Shown piece by piece: positions 9,205-17,811 of a stretch of 64,000 nucleotides of DNA (the first letter of the stretch is position 1; the number at the start of each line of letters is the position of its first letter). Both the position numbers and the translations under genes were made by a program. The stretch is from Phycisphaerales bacterium (GTDB lineage: Bacteria; Planctomycetota; Phycisphaerae; Phycisphaerales; SM1A02), in the NCBI GenBank assembly GCA_020345805.1, contig CP070772.1, positions 3,090,365 to 3,154,364 of the forward strand, read 5' to 3'. The notes beneath the pieces were generated by a model. It was not told the DNA's origin and ran no database searches. It saw only the letters and a program-made list of their open reading frames with translations.

Positions 9205-9240
9205 CAAAAAACGTGCGACACACCTCGTGGTGTGTCGCAC
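9205..9240 (-). terminator. rho-independent terminator downstream of the giant beta-propeller gene
   Basis: Perfect 13-bp stem CGTGCGACACACC / GGTGTGTCGCACG with loop TCGT, followed on the minus strand by TTTTTT (A6 at 9205-9210). Confidence 0.6.
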
Positions 9241-9500
9241 GCTGTGCCTGGAGGCGGGTTGAGCTCTCGGGAAAGGGGTTGGCCGGATCGTTTACGGCGG
9301 CAGGATCTCGCCTCCTTGAAGCGGTCCTGTTCCTGCGTCAGCCAAAGCGTGACCGGAGAATGCGAGCCGGCAATAACGGCGCGGGAACCCTTGGAGTACT
9401 GAGTCTCAACAGGGCGGCATAACCGACACAGACTGAGAAACCGGGTAACGATCCGCGGCTATCGGACCACTGGCGACAGCCGTTGCGAGCCGGGCCTCGA

Positions 9501-12500
9501 TTACGGGCTGCGCGGCATCGGCAGGGCCAGCGTCTCGGAAGCGGTCGAGAGCAGCAGCCAGTCGTCGATCAATACCGCGTCCAGCAGCCGCAGGGGCAGG
9601 GGTTCCAGCTCCACCGCATCGCTGAGCAGGCGGCCATCATGGGCCAGAGCATAGATGCGATAGGTGCGCAGGGTCCTGCGGCCCGAATCGCCCGGCATCT
9701 CCACCTGCTCAGTCCGGTTGCGGCTGATGAGGAGCAGGCGATCCTCCGCGGGCAGCAGCCACCGGTAGTCGCGCGTGTCGGTGACGTAATCGGAGCCGGC
9801 GATCGATCCCCCCTCGTCGTAGGACACCACCCGCTGAGCGTAGCGGGCGTGAACGCGGCCGCGGACGACCTGCAAGTTCCGCAGCTCGAGCGGGTCCCAC
9901 CGTCCGTGAGCGGGAATGGGCAGAGGCTCGGAGATCAGACACTGCCTGCCATCAAACCGCCGGATCTGCAACGCCGCATCCTGGAAGAACACCACGTCAC
10001 CGATCGCCCAGGCCCGCAGGGTGTTGGGTGCTCCGGGCTGAACGTTCATCCATCGCATCCGGCCCGAGTTGAGGTCCAGCACTTCGATGCCCTGGTCCGT
10101 TGCAAAGATCAGGGAGCCGAGCGGGCCGAAGCACATCCACAGGACATCGGAATCGCCCCGGGGTCGGACCCGGTGGACGATCTCGCCGGTGATGGCGTCC
10201 AGGACCACCAGAATGGGGGAGATCGTGCTGAGTTCGTCTCCCGGGCCGGTGCCGCGCGTGCGGCCGGCGAGAACCAGGGTCCGGTCCTGAAGTCCGGTCC
10301 AGTAAACCTGGCTGAGAATCTGAGTCCGCGCCCAGAGCGGGGCGGAACCTTCCTGCAGGTCGAATGCGATGGCGCTGCCGGTGCGGCGAATGAGCAGGAG
10401 CAGATCATCATTCACGCGGGGAATGATCTGGTCGGGGTTGAACGGGTCACCGCCGGGCATTTGCTCCCAGACCCCGCGCAAACGGGCGAGGTCGCCCACG
10501 GGGTCATCCAGATGATCGCTCAGCCGCGGGGTGGTCCAGCGTTGGGCGCCGTCCGCGGCATCCAGCATCACCGCCCTGGGATCTTCCGGATCGTCATCCA
10601 GCCACAGGAGCACATCGCGATCGGTGAAGCGGAGGATCTGCGGCGCTTCACTGCCCACGTAGTTGGACCATCGGGGAGTCAGATCGCCGGACGTGACAAG
10701 GTGTACGCTGCCGCCGGATGCCAGCAGCGCTCGATCGGGCGGCGAAGCCGCATGTGCGTGGGGGTGACGCGGGGCGAGGATCGACCCGATCAGCTCGCCC
10801 GGTCCACTCTGTTCGCCGATCTGTGGCAGGCGAGGGGACAATCGAGATTCCTGAAGTTCCCGCAGCAGACTGGAAGCCCGGACGCGGCGCCGCCCGCTCA
10901 CAAGCAGAGGATCGCCATAGGCCGACACCGCGTGCTGCAACAGGATCAATGCCTGATCATTGAGGTTGAACCGTTGGCAGATGCCGAGGCAGGCGCCGAG
11001 GAGCCGCCCGGTGGTCGCCGCATCGCGATTCGGAGCGAGGCTGATGAGCGGACCCAGCGCCGCCAGCGCGGAACGGTGATCGCCCTGTTCGGCGTACGCC
11101 GCGGCGACAAGAAGCGCCGCATCAGCGGCCGCTTCAGTGCAAACATACTGCTCCGATATTTCGCGCAGCGCGTCGAGGTCGGCCAGCGTTTCGGTCATCA
11201 CGGTTTCGAGCACTTTCGAAGCCCGCCGGGCCTGCTGCTCGTGGACCGATGGTCCATGTGTCTGAATCAGGTCGACAATCCTCTGAGCCGCCCACGCGGC
11301 GCCGGTTTTCAGCCGGCCGTCTTCCAGGTGCCAGACCGAAGTCAGGGGCGGGTCGGAGAGAATCTGCTGATACTGCCGGGCGGCCGTTGGCGGGTCAGAA
11401 GGGGCGTGCCAATCCGCCCGGGTGAGCAGGTGCTGGAGGCGCTGCTCGTCGTTGACCGCGATGCTGCCGATCAGCTCGTGAAGCTCTTCGGCCTGCGCTT
11501 CTGTCCGGGGCATTCGGTCGCGGGCCATCCGAAGCAGCAAACTGAACAGAGTCGCCTGCAAGTCGTTCGCCTCCGGCGAGTTGTTCAGCGTTCCGATTGT
11601 CCCGACGGCGGCGCGGGCGGCTTCCATCGCCAGCGGCAGGTCGCCTCCGGCCATGGCCAACTCCATCAGCGCCAGGGCCGCGTCGGGATCGTGCGGCGAT
11701 TCGTTCAAACGTCGACGCAGCATCGCCGACGCCCGGTCGAAGGCCATGTAGGCTTCAAGGCGATCCGCCCCGGCCACAATGATCTGGGCTTCGATGGCCA
11801 GCGGATTTCCCGCCGCCGGGCGGTCGATGTGATGGCGGATGCGCCCGCTTGCTTTCTCCACCAGCAGGATGCCGTTGTCGGTTGGAACGACGAGGTCGTT
11901 TTGAGTCGGCTGGAGCCGGCCGATGATCTCGAAGTCGCCGAATTCCGCCTGGAGGCTGTCGCCAGGCGGTTGATCCGGATCGGGCAGCCTCCACACCGGC
12001 TGAGTGAGATCGTCCAGTCTGAACGCGCGGATTTCGTCGCCGACGGCGAAGACGAACTGATCGTCAGCCAGCAGGTACTGCGGCGAGGCCCAGCCCTCTC
12101 TGAGAAGGCAGGGATGGCTTTCGATCTGTCTTCCGGTTTCCTTGTCCAAGACGACGATCCGCAGCCCGTCCGGCCGTAAGGCCAGGACCCGGCTGGCGGT
12201 GACAATCGGCGCCGGTGATGCCCAAGGCCCCGGGGCGCGAACCGGAACCTCGGGATTCAGGGGCACGCGATAGCGCTGAAGCCAGCGAATCCGCCCGGAA
12301 GATCCATCCAATCTGGCGACCGCCCCGAGCGGAGTGGCCACGTACAGGTCACCGCCGTCGATGGCCAGCATTGAGAAGCGCCGGTAGGTGCGGGCCCGCG
12401 CGCCGCCGACCGATGCAATGTGCTGCGACCAGCGAAGGCTGCCGTCGTTGAGGTTCATCGCGACCACATAGCAACTGCTGAGATGCTGTTCGGTTACCTT

Positions 12501-13760
12501 GCGGGCGAGGACGCAGACGACACCTTCGGCAATGACGGGCGCTCCGTGCGGGAAAAGCCCCTCGTGGTCGTCGATTGCGCCGATCCGGTCGAGATTCGCC
12601 GTCCAGCGAACTTCTCCGGATACGGTGTCCAGACACCGTACATGCCCTTCGCTGGAGCGCATCGTGCCGTAGGCGTGCCCGGTAAGCGTGACCAGCGAGC
12701 GGACGGAAACCGCGACATAATTCAGATCCATCATCAGTTCGGTGTCGTTGTCGATGGCCGAATCCGGGGGGCGTTCCACGTGCCGCCAGATCTCAGCGCC
12801 GGTCGACCGGTCAACGGCGAGGACGGTGTGGCCCTGGTTGACGAAGGCCAGAGATCCCGCCACGGTGGGTGCGGCGGTCAGCAATTCATCCGGGCCGGGC
12901 TCCAGGTCAAACCTGGGCGAGAAGGAGACTCCCGCGGGGCGGGCGAAGCGCCGGTAATGAAGGGCATCGGTCAACTCCACCGACCAGATCGCCTGCCCGA
13001 CCGGTTCGCCCAGTTCGATGGCCTCCCCCGGCTGAACAGGACTGATACCGTGGTCGCTCCGATCGGTGAAGGTATTCTCCCGATACCGGTCGAGTTGCGT
13101 GCCCAGGCGCAGGCCGGCATCGCCCAGCTCACTCAAAGCGTTCGAAGCCGCTCTCACCGCTTGATCGTTCTGGAGGCAATGTGCGGTAAGTCCGGCCATG
13201 AACCAGGCATAGGCGGCACGGTCGCTGGCGAGATTCGGGTGCTCGAGCGCTTCTCTGAGCCAGTGGTCGGCACTGTGGAAGCGGGCCGATTCCAGATCCT
13301 GCTGGGCCAGGCGGAGGAGGGCTTCCAGCCCCGCATCGGTGAGGGATCGGCAGGTCGCCAGCCTCGGTAGGTTGCCGGCTTCGAGCAATCGCTCCGCCTC
13401 GGCAGTCTGGACCGCCCGATAGCGGCGTAGCAGGGACGCATCTGCTTTCAGATCCGCCAGCACCGGCCCTCGTACCGTTACAAAGCGATCACCCTCTGAG
13501 TCACCGGTCGGCACGAGCTTCAGCGGGTAATCGTCGAGCAGTTCCTGATAGAGCCGAACCGCCTCATCGGGGTTGTTCGCCGCCTGGTCCCGGGCCCGGC
13601 GCAGGAGCTCCCAGGCCCGGGGAGATTGATCGACGAACACGGGGTTATCCGGCTGGGCGGAGACGATGCCGGGGGTGAGCCACAAAGCGGTGATGGTGAT
13701 GATGCCAAGCCAGGCCGCGGTGGGATGTCGCCGCCTATTCAGGCCGCCCGGTGTGGTCAT
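9501..13760 (-). CDS. giant secreted protein with PQQ-like beta-propeller repeats and TPR/helical regions (about 1420 aa)
   Basis: Recurrent BamB/PQQ-type blades (AVDRSTGAEIWRH, CLDTVSGEVRWTA, AMNLNDGSLRWSQ, RLDGSSGRIRWLQ, LDAADGAQRWTT, VLDLNSGRMRWMN). Start trimmed to MTTPGGLNRRRHPTAAWLGIITITALWLTPGIVSAQ; Met 13805 is also possible. Confidence 0.7.
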   Translation of the reverse strand: MTTPGGLNRRRHPTAAWLGIITITALWLTPGIVSAQPDNPVFVDQSPRAWELLRRARDQAANNPDEAVRLYQELLDDYPLKLVPTGDSEGDRFVTVRGPVLADLKADASLLRRYRAVQTAEAERLLEAGNLPRLATCRSLTDAGLEALLRLAQQDLESARFHSADHWLREALEHPNLASDRAAYAWFMAGLTAHCLQNDQAVRAASNALSELGDAGLRLGTQLDRYRENTFTDRSDHGISPVQPGEAIELGEPVGQAIWSVELTDALHYRRFARPAGVSFSPRFDLEPGPDELLTAAPTVAGSLAFVNQGHTVLAVDRSTGAEIWRHVERPPDSAIDNDTELMMDLNYVAVSVRSLVTLTGHAYGTMRSSEGHVRCLDTVSGEVRWTANLDRIGAIDDHEGLFPHGAPVIAEGVVCVLARKVTEQHLSSCYVVAMNLNDGSLRWSQHIASVGGARARTYRRFSMLAIDGGDLYVATPLGAVARLDGSSGRIRWLQRYRVPLNPEVPVRAPGPWASPAPIVTASRVLALRPDGLRIVVLDKETGRQIESHPCLLREGWASPQYLLADDQFVFAVGDEIRAFRLDDLTQPVWRLPDPDQPPGDSLQAEFGDFEIIGRLQPTQNDLVVPTDNGILLVEKASGRIRHHIDRPAAGNPLAIEAQIIVAGADRLEAYMAFDRASAMLRRRLNESPHDPDAALALMELAMAGGDLPLAMEAARAAVGTIGTLNNSPEANDLQATLFSLLLRMARDRMPRTEAQAEELHELIGSIAVNDEQRLQHLLTRADWHAPSDPPTAARQYQQILSDPPLTSVWHLEDGRLKTGAAWAAQRIVDLIQTHGPSVHEQQARRASKVLETVMTETLADLDALREISEQYVCTEAAADAALLVAAAYAEQGDHRSALAALGPLISLAPNRDAATTGRLLGACLGICQRFNLNDQALILLQHAVSAYGDPLLVSGRRRVRASSLLRELQESRLSPRLPQIGEQSGPGELIGSILAPRHPHAHAASPPDRALLASGGSVHLVTSGDLTPRWSNYVGSEAPQILRFTDRDVLLWLDDDPEDPRAVMLDAADGAQRWTTPRLSDHLDDPVGDLARLRGVWEQMPGGDPFNPDQIIPRVNDDLLLLIRRTGSAIAFDLQEGSAPLWARTQILSQVYWTGLQDRTLVLAGRTRGTGPGDELSTISPILVVLDAITGEIVHRVRPRGDSDVLWMCFGPLGSLIFATDQGIEVLDLNSGRMRWMNVQPGAPNTLRAWAIGDVVFFQDAALQIRRFDGRQCLISEPLPIPAHGRWDPLELRNLQVVRGRVHARYAQRVVSYDEGGSIAGSDYVTDTRDYRWLLPAEDRLLLISRNRTEQVEMPGDSGRRTLRTYRIYALAHDGRLLSDAVELEPLPLRLLDAVLIDDWLLLSTASETLALPMPRSP

Positions 13761-13833
13761 CCGCCGCTTCTCCCGGCCTGTGATAGTGGTGATCGAAGCA
13801 ATCATTTTCCCGGTCTGGTCGGCTTCTTTCTCA

Positions 13834-13857
13834 CTGTGACGAACTTTACCGTCACAG
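13834..13857. promoter_or_regulatory. perfect palindrome CTGTGACG-N8-CGTCACAG in a divergent promoter region (candidate operator)
   Basis: 8-bp arms at 13834-13841 and 13850-13857. It lies 30-95 nt upstream of the candidate starts of the giant gene and 160 nt upstream of the LEA_2 lipoprotein gene. Confidence 0.35.
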
Positions 13858-14015
13858 CCCTGCGGGAGGCCAGGCGGGTCGCAGTGTACCTGATCCGGAC
13901 CGTGGAATCGTCGCGAACGACGGTTTTGATCGTATGGTGACCGGCAAAGGCCGTAGTACGCGCCGGCGGTTAGCGTCAATTCGACTGATCGAGCCTGCGC
14001 CGGTAAAGTGGAGAC

Positions 14016-14510
14016 ATGGTTCCCTCTTGCGCAACCCGGTGTGCTTTCGTTCCTGTTCTGCTGATCTGCGCCGCCCTGACCGGCTGCAGCGTTTACCGGG
14101 CTCCGACGATCGCGGTGGCCGGTGCGGAGGTCATCGAGACGACCGATGAGGCGATGGCGATCCGTTTCGCTCTGGATCTGACGAATCTCAATGATGAGGC
14201 GCTGGAGCTGCTCCAATTCGACTACGGGCTGTCCGTTGACGGGCGGCGAGTCTATTCCGGCCGGCGCGCCGCCGAGGCAACGCTGCGGGCCGGGGGTGAG
14301 AAGCGACTCTTCGTCCCCGCCGTGCTGCGGTATGACCTGATGGGCTGGGAGACAGGCGCTCAGCCGCCGGATATCGGCTACAAACTCTCGGGCAGCCTGC
14401 TGTACGTCACTCCGGGCGAGATCGCCGAGATCCTTTTGGATACGGGTGTGCGCAAGCCGCGTGTCCGTTTCTCCTCTGCGGGACGCATCGCGCTGCGAGA
14501 ACCCGATTGA
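14016..14510 (+). CDS. LEA_2 / WHy-domain lipoprotein
   Basis: Lipobox LLICAALTGCS. LDLTNLNDEALELLQFDYGLSVDGRRVYSG matches the LEA14-like pattern (NPN-like loop, y.l.vdG..v.sG). Confidence 0.55.
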   Translation: MVPSCATRCAFVPVLLICAALTGCSVYRAPTIAVAGAEVIETTDEAMAIRFALDLTNLNDEALELLQFDYGLSVDGRRVYSGRRAAEATLRAGGEKRLFVPAVLRYDLMGWETGAQPPDIGYKLSGSLLYVTPGEIAEILLDTGVRKPRVRFSSAGRIALREPD

Positions 14511-14795
14511 GCCTGGCTCCCGGGCGGCCGGTTCGTTTCCTGCAAAGAGCGGCCGGGTGATGCGGGGCCGGGCCCGGCCGTTATCGGTCACCGCACCGCT
14601 TGTCACTCGGCCAGGGGGTCCTGAGGCGGGTCTTGCCCAGTCGGCACAATTATCACAGGCAAGTCGAGTTGCGTGCCCATGCGAGGAGGCGGGCTGGTTC
14701 CCGACGCGGAGTTATTCGACGCTTCCGTGCTGTCGATATGCAGGTTGCCACCTGTGTTGAGATTGGAACCAGACCGGGCAGAATGGGGTCTTTAC

Positions 14796-15851
14796 ATGCA
14801 GCTTCTGGACATCCTCCGTACCGCTCACGACCACGACGCATCGGATATCCATCTAGTGCCGGATCATCCGCCGATGATGCGGGTCAACACTGTCATGACG
14901 CCGATGGACTACCCGATACTCACGCCTGAGAGTGTTGAGTCAACGCTGGAGCAGATGACCAATGATGCTCAACGGAAGCGGTTCGACCAGCAGCACGACC
15001 TGGACTTCTCCTACGAGGTACAGAATCTGAACCGCTACCGGGTCAACGCCCACAGGCAGCGTGGCACCGTCGCGATGGCGATGCGTGCGATCAAGGAGGA
15101 GGTTCCCGCGCTGGAGGAACTGAACCTCCCGGAGATCATCAGCCGGCTTACCTACCTGCCGCGCGGTCTGGTCCTGGTGACCGGGGACACGGGCAGCGGC
15201 AAGTCCACCACGCTGGCGTCGATGATCCAGGCGATGAACGAGCGGTACCGCAAGCACATCATCACGCTGGAGGACCCGATCGAGTACAGCCTGCTTTCGA
15301 GCAAGTGCCTCATCGAGCAGCGTGAGCACGGCCATGACATGGTCAGCTTCGCTTCGGGCCTCAAGCACGCCCTGCGTCAGGACCCGGACATCATCCTGGT
15401 GGGCGAGATGCGAGATCTGGAAACCACCGCGCTGGCGATCAGCGCCGCGGAGACCGGCCACCTCGTGCTGTCCACCCTTCACACCGTCAACGCATCCCAG
15501 ACGGTGGAACGTATCATCGACATGTATCCTTCGTCGCAGCAGAACCAGATCCGTTCCATGCTGGGCAATACCCTGCAGGCGGTGGTGTCGCAGACATTGT
15601 TCAGCCGCATCGACCAGCCGGGCATGGTGCCGGCGGTGGAGGTAATGCTGTGCACGCCCGCGGTGCGGAACATCATCCGCGAGGCGCGAACATTTGAGAT
15701 TCCCAATGTGATCGACACGAATCGTCAACTGGGGATGGTGAGTCTGGACAACGCGATCGCCGAGCTTTTCTTCAACGGGCTCATCAGTCGCGAGGATGCC
15801 ATCGCGCAGTCGGCCTATCCGGACAAGTTGGAGCGTCAATTGGCCGCCTAG
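14796..15851 (+). CDS. pilT: type IV pilus retraction-type ATPase PilT
   Basis: ASDIHLVPDHPPMMRVN, Walker A GDTGSGKST, Walker B ILVGEMRD, His box GHLVLSTLHT. About 351 aa from the internal ATG at 14796. Confidence 0.9.
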   Translation: MQLLDILRTAHDHDASDIHLVPDHPPMMRVNTVMTPMDYPILTPESVESTLEQMTNDAQRKRFDQQHDLDFSYEVQNLNRYRVNAHRQRGTVAMAMRAIKEEVPALEELNLPEIISRLTYLPRGLVLVTGDTGSGKSTTLASMIQAMNERYRKHIITLEDPIEYSLLSSKCLIEQREHGHDMVSFASGLKHALRQDPDIILVGEMRDLETTALAISAAETGHLVLSTLHTVNASQTVERIIDMYPSSQQNQIRSMLGNTLQAVVSQTLFSRIDQPGMVPAVEVMLCTPAVRNIIREARTFEIPNVIDTNRQLGMVSLDNAIAELFFNGLISREDAIAQSAYPDKLERQLAA

Positions 15852-15872
15852 CGGTGAGGAGACCAGAAGGGA

Positions 15873-17099
15873 ATGCCGCAATATCGCTACCAAGCACGAC
15901 AGCAATCCGGCCAGGTTCAGGCCGGAGTCCTCGCCGCCGACAATGCCACGGCGGCGGCGGCGATCTTGCGCAACCAGGGCGCGCACGTCCTTGCGCTGGT
16001 TCCGGTTCAAAGCCCCACCGCGCAGATCGGCAAGGCACTGAGGGGCATTAACTACTCCTCCGGCCCCGGCCAGAAGGACATCCTCGATTTCACGCTGCAA
16101 CTTGCGGTGATGATTCGCGCGGGCATCTCGCTCCGGACGGCCCTGGACGGCATCGCCGATCAGACCACCAACGTCAAGTTCCGCAAGATCCTGCTGTCCA
16201 TCAAGACGGACGTGGAGTCGGGCAAGCAGTTTTCCGAGGCCATCGCCCGGTATCCCAAGCTGTTCGGACCCCTGTACGTGAACATGGTGCGGGCGTCGGA
16301 GATGTCCGGCTCGTTCGCCAAGATGCTGGACCGCATCGCCGCCTACATTGCCCAGCAGCTCGAGACCCGCAAGATGGTCATCGGGGCGAGCATCTACCCG
16401 GCGATTATCGGCGTCATGGCCATCGCCGTGACGGTCTTCCTGCTCACGTTCGTGCTGCCCCGCTTCGCCGGGGTGTTTCAGGGCAAGGAGTCGGTCCTGC
16501 CGTGGCCCACGAAATTCCTGATGGGCGCATCTGACTGGATGCTTGCCTACTGGTGGGCGTTGCTTATCGGCGCCGCGGCGGGGATCGTCGGTTTCATGAC
16601 CTTCATCAAGACGGAGATCGGGCGGTTCTGGTGGGACAAGACCAAGCTGACAATGCCCGTGTTCAAACGCATGTTCCGGGCGCTGTATGTCAGCCGATCG
16701 TTGCACACAATGGGGGAATTGCTGAACGCAGGCGTGCCCATGCTGGATACGCTGGCGATCACCGGAGACATTTCCGGCAACGTCCTGTTCAAGAAGATGT
16801 GGCGCAACGTCTACGCGGCGGTCAAGCAGGGTAAGAAAGTCCAGAGCCAGCTTACGCGATCGACGCTCCTGCCCAAGTCCGTGGTGCAGATGATCGGCGC
16901 GGGCGAGGAATCGGGCCGACTCGGCGAAGTGCTACATGAGATCTCGGAATACTACCAGAAGGCGTTGCGCGACGCGATCAAGACGGTTACCAGCATGATT
17001 GAACCGTTGATGATCGTGTTCATGGGTTCGGTGGTCGGGTTCATTGCCATGGCCATCATCCTGCCGATCTTCAAGATGAGCAGCATTGTCTCGGGATAG
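15873..17099 (+). CDS. pilC: type II secretion system F / PilC-family platform protein
   Basis: 408 aa with two GspF-type repeats (FTLQLAVMIRAGISLRTALD and TMGELLNAGVPMLDTLAI) and three TM segments. Confidence 0.85.
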   Translation: MPQYRYQARQQSGQVQAGVLAADNATAAAAILRNQGAHVLALVPVQSPTAQIGKALRGINYSSGPGQKDILDFTLQLAVMIRAGISLRTALDGIADQTTNVKFRKILLSIKTDVESGKQFSEAIARYPKLFGPLYVNMVRASEMSGSFAKMLDRIAAYIAQQLETRKMVIGASIYPAIIGVMAIAVTVFLLTFVLPRFAGVFQGKESVLPWPTKFLMGASDWMLAYWWALLIGAAAGIVGFMTFIKTEIGRFWWDKTKLTMPVFKRMFRALYVSRSLHTMGELLNAGVPMLDTLAITGDISGNVLFKKMWRNVYAAVKQGKKVQSQLTRSTLLPKSVVQMIGAGEESGRLGEVLHEISEYYQKALRDAIKTVTSMIEPLMIVFMGSVVGFIAMAIILPIFKMSSIVSG

Positions 17100-17123
17100 G
17101 AATCGGAGGCCTCAAGGAGCATC

Positions 17124-17735
17124 GTGATGTTCGGCACTGCCGAAGCGCGACCAGAACGAATCATCGGACGTACTCGAGTGGGCGGCGGAGCACGCGTCAG
17201 ACGAAGCACCGTCATTCGGCGGGGCTTCACTCTCATCGAGACCGCTCTGGCCACAGTCATCGTCGGCGTGGGCGTACTGGCGATCGTCTCGGCCCAGACG
17301 GCGTTCCACAAGCAGAACTCGTGGTCCACCCACGCCAGCACCGCCATGCGGCTGGGCAACGAGATCCGCGAGATGACGCTCAACCTGCCCCGCCACGACC
17401 CGGTGACCGGCGACTCGTTCTGGGGGCCGGAAGCCAACGAGCTGTGGGTGGGCGATTACGACGATCTGGATGATTTTGACGGTGCCGGCAACGGGCTGAT
17501 CTTCTCGGCCGAAGAGGGCAACGGCCCGATCAACGCGCGGCGCGAGATCATCCCCAATATGGCCGGCTGGACGCAGATCGTTCAGGTCTACAACGTCGAT
17601 CCGTTCGACATCACCGTCGTCGAGGCCGATGGCTCAACCAACATGATCAAGGTTGAGGTAGCCGTCACCTATCAGGGGCCGATGGACGTCGAGCCGAGCG
17701 AGGTCACGAGGGTCTCATGGATCGCCCCGGGGTGA
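17124..17735 (+). CDS. prepilin-type N-terminal cleavage/methylation domain pseudopilin
   Basis: RRG|FTLIETALATVIVGVGVLAIV after a long basic leader. Confidence 0.7.
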   Translation: MMFGTAEARPERIIGRTRVGGGARVRRSTVIRRGFTLIETALATVIVGVGVLAIVSAQTAFHKQNSWSTHASTAMRLGNEIREMTLNLPRHDPVTGDSFWGPEANELWVGDYDDLDDFDGAGNGLIFSAEEGNGPINARREIIPNMAGWTQIVQVYNVDPFDITVVEADGSTNMIKVEVAVTYQGPMDVEPSEVTRVSWIAPG

Positions 17736-17811
17736 GGACCGCCCGCCGGCGGCGGGAACGAAGGAATGAACGGACCTGGAGGCGCTGTTCCGGAGGTGCG
17801 GAGTTAGCTCG

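Noticed and set aside
9241-9500. Known structured RNA (RNase P, tmRNA, SRP RNA, 6S) in the convergent gap
   Set aside because: I could not find the conserved RNase P CR-I/CR-V boxes, a tRNA-like T-arm/CCA end, or the SRP GGAA/AGCA motif. Identity is therefore left open.
9483-12179. 898-aa plus-strand ORF
   Set aside because: It lies entirely antisense to the PQQ/TPR giant gene. Its composition is Arg/Gly/Pro/Gln-rich with no motifs, which marks a typical high-GC shadow ORF.
13761-14606. N-terminal 280-aa extension of the giant ORF (track ORF 9501..14606, 1701 aa)
   Set aside because: The extension overlaps the well-formed LEA_2 lipoprotein gene on the other strand and has junk-like composition. 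A clear signal peptide starts at the internal Met. Similar trimming was applied to 220..3057, 3347..3901, 4819..6339, 7446..9074, 14673..15851, 28754..29863, 31522..32763, 32312..33601, 40142..40801, 41447..41842, 42193..42594, 50539..50934, 51058..51738, 57480..58775 and 62741..63706.
14940-16706. 588-aa minus-strand ORF
   Set aside because: It is antisense to the well-supported pilT and pilC genes. The sequence is His/Arg/Gly/Asp-rich, low complexity and has no recognisable domain.
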